This document shows, in pieces, positions 23,150 through 36,900 of a stretch of 52,660 nt of DNA. Every line of letters starts with the position of its first letter. The first letter of the stretch is position 1. The translations under genes and the position numbers were made by a program. This DNA is from Trichoplax sp. H2 (Eukaryota), in NCBI GenBank assembly GCA_003344405.1, contig NOWV01000312.1, forward strand, positions 1-52,660, in the 5' to 3' direction. Under the pieces are notes generated by a model. It had not been told where the DNA came from. It saw only the letters and a program-made list of their open reading frames with translations, and made no database searches.

Positions 23150-25753
23150 TTATTTTCTACCGAAGCATGAATTCATGAACGATGTTAATAAAGCTTTGAT
23201 AGCCTGACGAAATCTCTGATACATAACAAAGTAAATGATTGGGTTGATAGCTGATGAAATATCGGTTAGAGCCATCGTAATTAAACGGATATCTGGATGT
23301 CTTTCGCGACCACATAAATCTTCTAATTCAATAATTGTCAATGGAGTAAAACTGATCAAGAAGATTACCACCAAAGTAAATCCTACCTACGTAAATCCGA
23401 TATTATTGAGAATTAACTTAAAAATAACAATCTTTGGATTATTCTTTGTCGTTTTAATAAACTGTACACATATACATGCAACAGCCCATATATCGTCATA
23501 TACGTTTGTATTATTGCATGCATTCCATAATCATTACTCATATTTTAGGATAAAAATTACAAAAACAACACTATATTTAGTAAAAATTTTTCTTATAATT
23601 GAACTTTTTTTTTAATATGCGTAAAATGCAATGCGTCACAAGATTGTAAGCTGTATTTATACTTCAAAACTTGCATACAAACGTAGGCAATATGTTTATA
23701 TTTATATCCTATATGAACAAACAGTAAAATGCCATCATGGCAAGTATTCAGCATAACTAATCTGTTATTCGTTAAAAGGGTTGTAGAGACTGTAAAGTTC
23801 TATAAGCAACTGAAAATGTTTAATAAAGGATAAAAGGCTGCCAAAATTTTACTCGTATATGATATCGACATTTTTAATAAATTTGTTATTCTCAATACTT
23901 ATATGATTAGATATTATCTATAATTGCATCGTGTAGCTGATTAATCGTAGAAGTAGTCATTTGGATTATAAAAAAAATGGCGAATATGAATCTGCTACTA
24001 GTAACCAGCGATTTATTAATTTATTGTTGGATGCACCAACAGGGTATCGTCTCCGGAATGAAGACAGTAATTCAATTTTTGTATCATGTGTTTATAGTTA
24101 TTTTTGGCTTATTATGCGATGTTATATCATTTTTTTTTTGTGAACTGGGATAGTTTTCGGATAAATTTTAAATAAATTTTTGTCGTCCTTAAATTTTACA
24201 CACTTCTGTTTGAGGCTATGAATTTTGTCTAATTTATCATATTTAGATATCTGATATTGCCATATCCGATATCACAATCAATAAATTGTATAATAGTTAG
24301 ACATCTCATACAAATAATAAGTACACTGAATAATCTCCAGGAGCATAAATTGCCTAATAAGAATGTTAATTCTACCGCAACGTTTTAGTTATTACGTGAT
24401 TGATATTATGTCTGTTAGAAGATCCTAGACTCAATAGACGTAAATGATGTTAAATCGTTAATCAAATAACGAAAAGATGAAATTAAAGACATGTATTCTA
24501 TTGTTGCATTTATCGATCAATAAGAGATACAGTTACATGTAACACTTTAATGGCTTTTACTGTCACTATCCCTCCTCGTAGTATACGAGTATTTAATTCG
24601 ATATATTACCAATATTATTCATTATAATTTATTCAGTTAAGCTTAAATTTTATTACTTTATATCAGTTTTTAAATATAATTTTTAAGACAGTTTAATATT
24701 TTAGCTGTACAGTACTAAAAAGACTAACCTTACGCATTTCAGATGTCATCTTGGCAAATTTATCATTATCCTGCAGATGTAATGATGCGGCACTACTTAT
24801 ATGTGTAGAAATTTTTCTAGTTACAAGGATAAATGATAAAATTGTAGTTACAGCGGCAATCCAGAAGTGAAAATTTTCCCAAATGATGCTTGCAATATCC
24901 AGTTTTCGGACAATAGCCAAGATAGTTTGATTGATTTTGTGATTTCTTACGTTAACCTAATAAAGTTTAAGATTAATACTGAAATAAATAAACATGACAG
25001 AATAAACTGTAGTCTATTAAAGTAGAACAATTACTGATTTCAATGCTTTTAATTTCTCTTTTCAGTCCATTTATTTGGACATGCACAAGAATTTTCTATG
25101 ATACCATTCTACCTTTGATTATAGTAATTAAAAAGACCTCCTTCAATCTTGTTTATCGATAGTTCAAGGGCATCATTTTTATTATCTAAACTTACTATAT
25201 GATAGCAAGGAAGATAGTGCGACGGATAATGCATCCTTGCAAGGCTAATGCTTTGAATTGACCAAGTACAGATCCATAAAGCAGCCAATATGAAGCGATT
25301 ATTATTAAATCTTTTTTCGTGAGATCTAGCATAGTAATGAAGGCGTTTAATGAAATCTGCAGCCAACAGTCGTTCAAAAGCTAACATTGTAAAGCAAAAG
25401 CATACCACTGAAGTACAGCCGACGGTAGTAATTTTATAAATAATACACGGTATATAATGCTGATCTTCTTCGAGAAGTACATCGAGGATTAGCATTGGTA
25501 CTGCTAGGGTGCAATTGAAGAGGCTGGCTAGTGCAACATGCCATAGTAGCTGGAAATGGATCTTGGCAAAATTAGGTTTTTTGGGCCTAATCTTAGGAAA
25601 TAAGATCAGAACTATCATATTGCCCACCAAGCCACATACGCTAATAACGGATAATGCTATAGCAGATATCAGTAAAGTTGATTTATTTAATTGTGTTGTA
25701 TTCTGTACTGGTTCGATTGAGTTTTGATCATTAAATTGTTCCGTAGCCATCAT
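23150..25753 (-). CDS. Rhodopsin-like (class A) orphan GPCR; 3 exons at approx. 25753-25113, 24945-24729, 23386-23150
   Basis: N-glycosylation sites in the N-terminus, TM1 GLVGN, TM3 MLAFERL (DRY variant), TM4 ALWI, TM6 FLISFTPL and TM7 SSAINPIIY followed by QRFR. The exon 2 acceptor is uncertain. Confidence 0.85.
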
Positions 25754-26939
25754 CGTTCAATTTAATTAATATCTGGTGAATAAATGGCAACTGGAATAAA
25801 TTTTTGCATGTAAAAACTTGGAAGATAACTTTTGAAATAGATGCAGAATATCTTTATTAGGCTATTCTGGTTGAATTTCTGACGTGTACACATTCGGTAG
25901 ATAACTTGCTTATTAAAATTTGATCGCTAATAATTGATTTCGATAGCCTGTCTATAATGCAAATATATTTATATAGTTGAGTTCTTTTCAAATTGAGAGC
26001 ATTCAGTAAAATTGGTTTAAATTTGACGTCATACTTCAATACTTATTCCTACATTAAGATCAATAAAATTGGTAAAGCAAAAATAAGATCGTGATATTAA
26101 CAAAAAAATAGATGGCGATATAAATTACAGGTATTGTAACTAGTTAATTTAGATGATACTGTCTTATAGAGATTGTTAACCAGGTGCTAACGCAATCCAA
26201 TGACACATTGTTATAATTTTTAATTATTCATAAATACAGGAATAAACATTGGTAGCACAGCCCTATCAACCAATTGATCATGATCAATAATTTAACATTT
26301 TCGTTGATTATTATAATTTTAGAAATGAAAACTAATGTAGATTAATGCCTTGAAATGAACTTACTGGTATAAATAAATTAGTAACTAAATTACCACAGCA
26401 CCGCTTATGCATGTTCAAAATATCCAGTAAACTACTACCGTTAATGACCGAAAAATGCATATCCTCTTGATTTCTATAAATTAATGCTGCTAAATGGACA
26501 AACCATCCATCAATCAGTCAAGTTTAATTATTTATTTCATGTTTTCTGTTACAAAAGTTATAAATAATTTTATTTGATGGGAAACAGCGAGGCATTAAAA
26601 AACTAATCACTAAACTGAATTCGTATTCGATTTATAAAACTTTAAATCATAAAATTATAGATTTCAAATTTATTCAATGGTAGCGCAACACAACTTTTTA
26701 CGCTGAATAATTTGTTGCATTCCAATGTAATCTTTTTTTTCACTTTAAATTATATTTTATTTTTTTTGCGGTAAGTAGTGATGCCATTCACCATTTAGCT
26801 AAACTAGCTTCACTTTTTAGGTTTTCTTGATTGAACATTTTATTTTGCTATAAATTTTAGACTTCTTCATTTCTAGTACCTTTCACCACTCAATTTTAAA
26901 ATAAAATATCGCTGCTATGCGCCTATCAATATTTTTCAT

Positions 26940-27600
26940 CAATCTGATTGTTGTTGTCTTAGATTAGCTTTGTAGCTATTGAATATCAGGCTGCTTCCTT
27001 AATTCAAATGTAATCGATCAGTAAGGACGAACTATAATCTATTTTTAACGTCTATTGTGTAAAAAAAATAGATTGAGCTGATTACATAAAATTATTAATA
27101 AAATATTCGTAAACGTTTACATGGGCAATCGTCCTTAGATACCGTATGGCATTACATATGAATACGACACTACTGATGGTTGCCTTAGATTAGCTATGGT
27201 ATGTTTGATTAGCAGGCTACTCCCTTGAATGACGTACGACGGATCAGTATAAACAAACTGCAGGATAATCTATGTATAATGTCCATTATGTTCAAATTTT
27301 GATTGATGTAATTATATACAATAATATATTAAATAGGCAATCGTTATTAGGTAACGATATGATGCGGCATTAGAAATGACCACAATACCACTGATTGCTG
27401 TCTTAGATATGGTATGTTGCGTTTGATTACCAGCCTGTTTCCTTAAACAAAATGTGATAGATCAGTATATACGAACTATGATCTATCATTAACGTCTGCT
27501 GTGTTAAAAAATTTGATTGATGTGATTATATATAATTATTATACTAGCGATGGTCTATAGGTAGGTACGATATGATCAAGCAATGAACACAACATCAGTG
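26940..27600. repeat. Degenerate tandem repeat, ~220-230-bp unit, about 3 copies
   Basis: CTGAT..TTG..TCTTAGAT...CAGGCT..TTCCTT...GATCAGTA...AAC...ATCTAT..TAA.GTC recurs at ~26944, ~27173 and ~27391. Confidence 0.75.
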
Positions 27601-27996
27601 CCACGAATTTTTTAAATGCGGTTGAATTTTAATAATTAGGTAATAGGTGATTTTACGAACAAATAGTTCTCCTTTATATCAATTTATTAGTATATCTCTG
27701 TAATAATTTACCTTCAATGTTATTTTTTCCACGCATACAAGCTTATTAATGACTCTATGCAAGGGATTGTTGATCAGCAGTTAAATAGTACAATGGAATT
27801 TTGTTTTTGCATTCTGGCGTATTATATATCCTTGAATATCTCCACTTGAAAATTGATGCTACTAAACTAAATAAAAAGTATTTCTACTCTGCCATAGATA
27901 CACTAACTCATGCGGATCGATTCTCTTTTAACAATAGAAATTAACAAATACCGTAAGGCATTATCGTTTTGCCTAAAATCATGATCAATGCCCCTG

Positions 27997-28439
27997 TGTC
28001 ACGGTACAAACTACCGTGAAGAAATAGATATCTAAATTTGGTTAATATAATATAGTGATATTATATTACAACTAGTTACTTACAATAGGAATTACTCTAA
28101 TTATAAATGTGTTACAGTAAATTCAATGCTGTGCTGTAATGTATACTGAAATGATTCTGTGAATGGACATATTGTAGTCCGACTGTGAAAAACTAGTTAG
28201 TAGATGTTCTCACTTAAGTATTTTTATAAGATGACTTGTGAATGTTAGCTGCTGTAGAAGGGTATATAAGCCCGTCAGATAGTTGAATAAAGCAGTTCTC
28301 AATTGTCTAGTTGAGTTTAACGTAGAATCAAAGGCGTCTAAATTCTTGTAGGGTAGTTAAGGGATACTGAATTCCGGAAGACTATAGTAATTTAGAGATT
28401 TGTTTTACGTTATCTTTGTCACGAAGCTGGTTTGTGACA
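27997..28439 (+). mobile_element. Solo LTR (443 bp)
   Basis: Perfect terminal inverted repeat TGTCAC...GTGACA. 5-bp TSD CCCTG at 27992-27996 and 28440-28444. TATA-like TATATAAG at ~28264 and AATAAA at 28286-28291. Confidence 0.88.
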
Positions 28440-31400
28440 CCCTGTAATCCAGTTTCTGAGGCAATCTTGAATAATTTATACGTAAGTTACGATCAGAATA
28501 TGTGACATGTATTGATATTTATTATCATTGCAAGAACTAATTCTAAGATTTCAAAAGATATTGAAACTACAATAGTCATTTTATATCAAGGCCATCATTA
28601 GAATAGATATTAATGAATTGAATAAAATATCCAATTCGTCTCAGTTAAGAATTTAAGATTATTTACCGACTTTTATTTCTTATTACCAACAACAATCTTT
28701 TATCCATTCATGACAAACTTAGCCATTAGGTAATAAATAATATTTATTAGCTCAAATTTGCATAAGGCATTAATTTTAATTTAATGTCTTCTCTATTTCT
28801 ATGTTACGTACTATATTAATTTGTGATTTTTTAAGGTACCATAACATTGAGAGTCGTTCAATATTACGGTAGTTCAAATAGCAAACCCTTCATATCGCTC
28901 CCAAGTGAAATACTTTACAGTCTATTTCTATTTCTATTGCTTCATCATTGTCTCTCAAATTACTAATAATTACTTGCCGTTTTATCATCATTTATTAGTG
29001 TGTGATATCCTATAGAAGTAAATTAGAAATCTATAGTGGACGAAATTTGTCTATAAATTCTAGTTTGAGTCCGTAGTCCCTAAATCTATTTGCAGCATTT
29101 TGCGGAATATGTGAAAATCTTGAAAATGTTATAAATAGAGAAGGTTCCATCAGGTTTAATTCCAGAAGGCGGTAACAAATTTGGATAATATACGATACAT
29201 GTATTGATGCGCGACTAGAGCATTGTTAACATAAATGGCTTGCAGTTCAATGAACAGTAGTTTTCCATCTGAGTTACGACTTTTGTTTTATAAAATTGCT
29301 TTGAAAGACCAGGGAATTCACCAAAGCTTGAATACGGTACTGAACTGAACTTTATTATAAATATCAACAATGTTGTAAGTAGATAAAAATAATATTAAAC
29401 AAACATCTCGCCTTATCAATCAACGAGATATCTGATTTTATGGCCGACAGCATAAGAAAAGAACCCATTATGTTAGCGGTGTTATTTAAGCTCTAATCTC
29501 CAAGATTACGGTTTCAACGTGAAAATTCGTATCCACAATTAGCCATTAAGCAAGTTTATAGGCTCAGCGTATTATATTAATTACGAAATCTGTACTATGT
29601 ATCAAGCAGATTAGATTATGATACTGTATATATGTAGGTTATTTACTCACGAAAGGCAATTGTATCGACTGATTCATTCATCCGTATGTAAAGCACCGAA
29701 AATATTTGCTTCATGATCACTGCATTTGTATACCTTAACTATGCAGGTGATGGCTTGTAACAATAAGATTGAAAGAAGGAAACCGATGTAATCACGCCAA
29801 TTTTTCATCAATTGTAATAAATTTTTCTACAAAAACATAGTGAAAGATTAAATTTTCCTCATAAATTCACTTTAAAAATGTTTTCATTATTATAAGCTGG
29901 AATGGTAATAGCCACCGATATAAATTTTAGCGCATCATTCTTTATAATTTATGACATAATTGGTATTCGTTCCATTTTTAGCAATATCTACTTAGTGCTA
30001 AATGAACGATGCTACATCCTTTAGCTGGCATTCTCTTAATCTAACTACTACTGCTATGATTGGCTTATCGTTAAGAAATATTTCCCATTCCGATAAGTAT
30101 AAATAGCATGATCTGCATCTACTATTAAATGCACACTCAGATCGGCGTATCTAAAAAATATTACTCCATCCAATATTTTAATCACACAATTTCTTGACTA
30201 TGAGTAATGCTATGATGAAAAACCATCAAGTTCATATTAAAATGAAATATTACATCATTTGAAATGTGTAGATGGAAATTTTAGAAGCAAATGTATTGGT
30301 CTATAACAATAGTCGAAGTAATATTATAGATATATTGATAAAAAGGCTTTATTTCAGACTAAAGTTACAGTAATCATTGAACTGCTAGTCTGCAAACCAA
30401 GTTTATTTATGGTAGCCTAATGGCGAATGATTGGTATCCGACAATATTACACTATGATAATATCGTTTTTCCAATAATTATCCTCATCTAGGGAAAATTT
30501 AGAGAGAAAACAATTAAATTTATTTTCAACTCTAAATCTATGATATATTATTGATTTACGCAATTCAATGTTGGCGCTTTATCTTAAAATTAGGCCAAGA
30601 CTTACTAGTGATTTATTACATATCCGCAATATCCAGGTTGCCAACCTCTGTCGATATATAGGCCTTACATTTAAAGCAAGATTCATTGAATGCCTGAAGG
30701 AGATCTTTTTAATTGGTTCATTCTAAACAATCTGTAAATATCACGGGCTATGGCATAGTCATTCTTGTTGCAGCTAAAAAAATGATTAATCTCTCGACAA
30801 AAAATATTCTGCGTAATAATCTACTTATAAATATTATGGCTTTTAACAGATAAAAATAAATAATATAGACTTTAATTCTAAGAGAATAATTATGAGATTA
30901 TTTAGCAAAAGTCTATCATCGTGGTATTGCATATTTTTGCAGATTATACGGTTAAGAAAGGGATGTTTCTCCTAAAAGTATTTTATAGATTCTAGCTCGA
31001 ATGCTTATAATCTCAAAAATACTACTTGTGAGCTATCCACGTAATTGTAAAAATGATCCGCTATAACTCTATATTATTAAAGTTGAAAAGATAGATATGG
31101 CCTATTGAAAGAAAAATGACTGATTAAAACGAAATATTATAATTGTAAATTTCATTTTATACCAGTAGCTATTGACGAAAATTAATAATTTCAAGAAATT
31201 AGTTTCTGTGACGATGAGGTAAATAGTTAATTGAGGTCTGATTATTTCTTAGTTCTGTTAATTGATAACCAACTTTCTTAATTATAAAGATTTTATTCGC
31301 AAACAGCTCTTGACTCTAATCAGTAACTTAAGAAACGTTGACGTTTAATGATCGTAGGCCAGCAGGAAGTAACAATTTTTATCTGCTAATTAGCTTGTAT

Positions 31401-31629
31401 TGATTTACTAGTGGAAACTTCGCTCGTGTTTATTCGTGATAGTAAACTAGATCGGTATATTTATTTATAGCGGTTAGCATGATAATAAGAAAATGTGTTA
31501 CAGTTGATATTTTACATTTTTAAGTTTAGATGATTAATTTATATTCTCGCTTAATAATATATATGCTTATATAAGCATTTGTTGAAATGGAAATTACATA
31601 TTTCTTTTANNNNNNNNNNNNNNNNNNNN

Positions 31630-32146
31630 CGCAAACAGCTCTTGACTCTAATCAGTAACTTAAGAAACGTTGACGTTTAATGATCGTAGGCCAGCAGGAA
31701 GTAACAATTTTTATCTGTTAATTAGCTTGTATTGATTTACTAGTGGAAATTTCGCTCGTGTTTATTCGCGTTGTGTACTTGTACTTTGCGTTATAATTCT
31801 CACTGTCATGTTTCACTTTGGTCAGTATTGAGATATAATTTGGTATTCCAGTAAATATTAGAGCTGGATGCTTCGCTGTTATTTGAGCGGGCGTGTATAT
31901 TATCGTAATCATGCAAGTATTTATATACATTCTTTCCGGTATAAATTATAATTCCTAAGCAGAATATCATCCTGATAGTAAACTAGATCGGTATATTTAT
32001 TTATAGCGGTTAGCATGATAATAAGAAAATGTGTTACAGTTGATATTTTTACATTTTTAAGTTTAGATGATTAATTTATATTCTCGCTTAATAATATATA
32101 TGCTTATATAAGCATTTGTTGAAATGGAAATTACATATTTCTTTTA
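31630..32146 (+). repeat. Duplicate of 31298-31609 across the gap, carrying an extra 204 bp (31769-31972)
   Basis: Copy 1 reads TATTCG|TGATAG. Copy 2 reads TATTCG|CGTTGTG...ATCATCC|TGATAG. The flanks are otherwise nearly identical. Confidence 0.92.
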
Positions 32147-32949
32147 GATGCTTATGGTGCAGGCCCAATTATAGCTAAGGGTTAAGATTGTAAGATTGCA
32201 CATGGCGTGAATTACAGTAGAGTAGTTAAAACAGTTTAAATACTATTCGTTCTATTCGCATATTAAAGTAAGATAAAGTGTTGCTATCCAAGCTCCATAT
32301 ATACGTTAAGCGGGCCAGATGTGTATGCTAATAGGTTGTGTTGCAATTAATAAAAAGGAATTCTTAAGACTGCAATTGGATTTCCCTATGTGCTCACTTA
32401 TTTTCTAATTTCCATCACAATAATGGAATATTTTTACTTGGATATTAGATTTTGTGATTGTCATAAATGTCTTTTGTGGAAGATGATTACAACACTTATT
32501 GTAGCAATTCTATTAAGATGTTTACTTTGAGATTCCGAAATACAAATAGATTGCGCCATTTAGGTAAGTATTGTTAGATTTTTATTATGATGCTTTAATT
32601 AATTAGATTCATGAATGATAAATAGATGGCGTAGTAGTAAATTTAAATCTGATCTTTTTTGTTACATAATTGGCAAGATATGATTGAGTTACGAAAACAA
32701 TATTCTGTGCCTAATTGTAAATGAGGGATTTTATTGTAGTAATTTCGAAAGTCTACGGTAGTTGCAAAATGATCTTAGTTTATATAATAAAGAGAAGTTA
32801 GCAAGAAACTGTAGTTGTTACTTTATTATTTCGAAGACACTTTATAGCAATACACCAGTTCTACTAGTACACCAGTAAACAATACAAAGGGTTGAGTCAA
32901 AGTTTTTGACCTCTTTTAACTTCCGTATTGCTAGTTCTAGATTCATTTC

Positions 32950-33990
32950 ATAGCTTATAAACTAGGGCTGTAACATTTCAGGAAAACTGGAGTTGTATTT
33001 GAGACTTTCTACTATTCACAAATACAGAACATTAGACGCAATATTTTGAAAACTAATTTTAAGTAGCACTTTAACAACACACTTTATTTTTTTATGTACG
33101 CAATGAAAATTTTAATTTTCTAGTGTACGTACGGTAGCACATTCGATTCAACTTTTGAACGCAACAAAGTTGTTTCTGGATTCAAGTTTTCATTCAAAAA
33201 TAGGATTTCATCGGCCTTAGATGGGTTTAGCAAAGCACGGTACTTGGAAAAATCAATTATTTGAGACACTATATTACAGTACCTGAGCTCGACTTGTGTA
33301 GAAGCAAAAAATGTAAAAATTTGATCATAATTTGAATTTTCTAATTTTCCCTTACGCTAATTCTGGAATCATTTTTACAGCTTACAAACTAGGGCTGCTA
33401 TATTTCCGCTTGACTGGAATTGTTTCTGAGACCGCTTATAGCACATAAACTTGGAATATTAGACAAGCCAAATTTTGAAAACTAATTTTATTTTTATATA
33501 TATATACACGTAATACTTTAACATCACACTTTATTTGTTTATGTACACGGTGAAAGTTCAATTAAACTTTTAAACCCGATAAAGCTGTGGCTGGATTCAA
33601 TTTGATATTCAGATATACAATTTTGTTAACGGTGGATAGGTTCCTTGTTGCACAGTGCTCAGAAAAACCAATTTTTTTGAAGACACCTTATCATAGTACC
33701 AGCGCTCTTCTTATTTAGTAGCAAACGATTCAAAGGTTTGGTCAAAATTTAAACTCTTTGGAGTTCACATGTTACTATTTCTAGAATTATTTCGTAGCTT
33801 ACAAAGCAGGACTGCAATATTTCCGGAAAACTGAATATGTGTCTGAGACCGCCTACTACAAGTAAACACGGAAGACTGGACACACAAAAGTTCTTGAAAA
33901 TTAATTCTGCTTTTATACAATACTTTAACATCACACTTTATCTATTTATATACTCAGTGGAAGTTCCCGATTTATCTAGTGTGGCTTCGA
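32950..33990. repeat. Degenerate tandem repeat, ~420-430-bp unit, about 2.5 copies
   Basis: AGCTTAxAAACTAGGGCTG...GAGAC...TTTTGAAAACTAATTTTA...ACTTTAACAxCACACTTTAT recurs at ~32952, ~33379 and ~33797. Confidence 0.8.
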
Positions 33991-36900
33991 TTCGCAAAAT
34001 TAGCCTTTCTAAGAAAATCATTTCTTGAAACGCAAAGCCATTAAAAATAGTTACTAGTCTAGTGTGATAGAGAGTGAAATTTATTTATCCTTGGTTCAAT
34101 TATTACGGTAAGCTCCTTCAACTACTCCATTTCTTTAATGTTTTTGAGTGCTTTAATTTCTACCTTATAGGGATACAATTTCGTGACATCCCTGCGTTTA
34201 TTAAAAAGCAGGACGAGTTCGTCATCTCCAGAAATAAACTTTTTAGAAAGTTTTAATTAGTCATTAAGTGTCAACGCATATACCTCAAACGTAATCTCAG
34301 CTTAATCTAATTTAGTTGATGTGAACAGCATTGCTACAAATATCCATTCTTTAAACTAAATATGTTTGGACAAACGGAAAAACTGACATATCACCCCGTA
34401 CAATTAGATGAAAATAATCTCGCATGAACATTCTTCATTTTTTGCTATACCTAATATAAGAATGCAAAGATTACATCAAGACTAATGATAGAAAATGACA
34501 GTCTAGTAATGATTTGTGAATTACTTATTATATTATTAATTATTAATGTAATCATCTTAAAATAAGAATTTCTCTAAAACTATTCATCTTACAATATAGT
34601 AGGTAATTTTAATAATCTAATTCGTAATATTTTGAATGTAAACGTAAGTATTGTTACTGAATATCCCATCAATTCTCTGTAGGTAATATATGATTTACTG
34701 TAAACTTTTGTAATCGCTACTTTCCTGGTAAATAAAATTTAGAAACATTAACAAAGTAGCGATGTCGTAATATATTAATTAAAAAGAATGATCAACCTAA
34801 AAACTTTAAATTTATTGAAAATTTAGCTCAATTCTTAGTTTGTTATCAAAGTATAAGAGCAGTAATTTCCACGTCGCTCTCATTTTAGTAAATAACCTCT
34901 TCAGATTTAAGGGAAGCCATTTCAAGATATAAATTACAACATTTTACATCAAATAAAATTTCGGAATAAATAGTTGAAGAAAGATAGCGTCGTTCTTATT
35001 TTCAACGAGTGGGCTTTTAAGAATTTAGTATCGCCATTTCGAGACATAAGTTGCAACATTTTACATCAATTAAAATTCAGATAACTTAACTTAAGATAGA
35101 TGAAATAATTTCCTATGATAAAGAAAGATATTTATCGTATATGCTCGCTCAATTACTAGAAAAGATGCATATCATTTCGTAGTTGACAACAACCTACAAT
35201 TCAAAATCGTTTTAATGTAACATTATCAAAAGTATAGCACCATTAATTTGCTAATATTCATAGGTTTTACCTGATCAATTTGAATTTACTTTTAGATATA
35301 TCATTAAAGCCTGCAGTCATATACATTGCGTTTGATATTGCAACTAATGGTACGAGTGCGCTGTTTGAAGTTTTATGTATATTTATTGATTTCTTTATCC
35401 TACTAGAATTTGGTATCTTAATTCATATAATGAAAGAAAATATTTTAAAATCATAACTGCAATTTTAGAGAATATTACTTAACTATTTGAGTTTGCTTTG
35501 GTCATTGTAGTATGAGAGATTCTCTGGACACGCTACATTCTATAATGTTGCAGAGTTAGTAGTATTGATGTGATTAGGTTAAATTATTTACCCACCAAAC
35601 TTTTTTCTCAGCACCTAAAGTAACACCCGTATTATACTGAATTCTAGCTTAAAATGCTTTATTTTTCGTAATTAGATTGCGCAGTGATGCACCCATATTT
35701 GATTATACGGATAGTTACATTTGATAAAGTTAGGTTGCTTTAAATAGATATTATCGTGAAACTAACATTAGATGATTGCTAACTGTTATATTAGAAATTA
35801 TTGATGACCAATCGTAGTCAGTTGACTAATTATGGTACAAGATTTACGTGGCTAGAAACACTGTAGTTGTTATGATGCCCTTCGGAGAAAGGGCCTAGAC
35901 GTTAATAGAAGAGTAGTGACATCTTACGTAGAATGATTTAGATTGTAGAAAATAATGATGTACTATTACAGAAATGTATTTTGTTTGATGACTCATGTCT
36001 GATTGTAGATTAATCAAGTTGTCATGAATGGATTTAACGAAATGTTCATAAGAAGTGCGGAGACGAGCTCACAGAATGGAAGAGACTTCATTTCGCTTTG
36101 AGCTCGGAATACTTAAGATTTTAGCCTAAATTCTTGTAGTAATTAATTATTGCTCTACTATTTCTAATACTTACAATAAAAACCTTTTAGAAAACACCAT
36201 TTGACTAAGATAGTTATTGTGAAACTCATTTATTACAGATTGGCATCACGGTTTCCAGGAATTGTATGCAATTAGCAATTAAATTATGTTGGTCTAAATA
36301 TCATTCATGGAATCAAAAATTTGCATTATATGCAATTTTTTTCATTCATTATCTTCTACTATAATTTATTACTATGTGACTTTGCGTAGAATTTACTAGA
36401 GATCAATTATAGCCTAGATAAGTGGCTAGACAATATGATGTATTACAACTGTAAGGCTTGAATAAATTATATTAATTGATTCAAGAAGCCTTTAATTAAT
36501 TAATAAAATGTAGGAAATGAATTGTTTCGATATTTTTTAATGCAAATTGTAAATGAGAGTATTTTGATCGATTGTTCAGTTTTCTTGCCGACGATTAGCT
36601 GGAAAATTGTACCTGCTATTGTCCCTACAATTACCTAAGAAAAATAAGTGTTTAGCTTTGCACGGCTGCATATTAGCATTTCATCGTTCATTTAATCAAT
36701 AATTTAGAATTAAAGAGTTTCTATTCTGTTGTCATAATCTAAAACCGAGAGTAAACAGACGGAACGGCGATTTATATTTGAAATATTGCCTTGTGGTGAT
36801 AGAAAAGGTTCAATTTTTTAAAGTTGAGGCAACGATCATAAAGTTCCCATTTAAGATTTAATTGCTTTATATTGAGAAAGTAACTTCTGTTATTGACTTT

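Noticed and set aside
23235..25727. Plus-strand ORFs 23235-23615 and 25509-25727; also 40183-40407 (-), 16227-16412, 16240-16503, 18111-18293 and 18726-18914
   Set aside because: These are antisense or off-frame shadows of real GPCR, PLK or LRRC72 exons.
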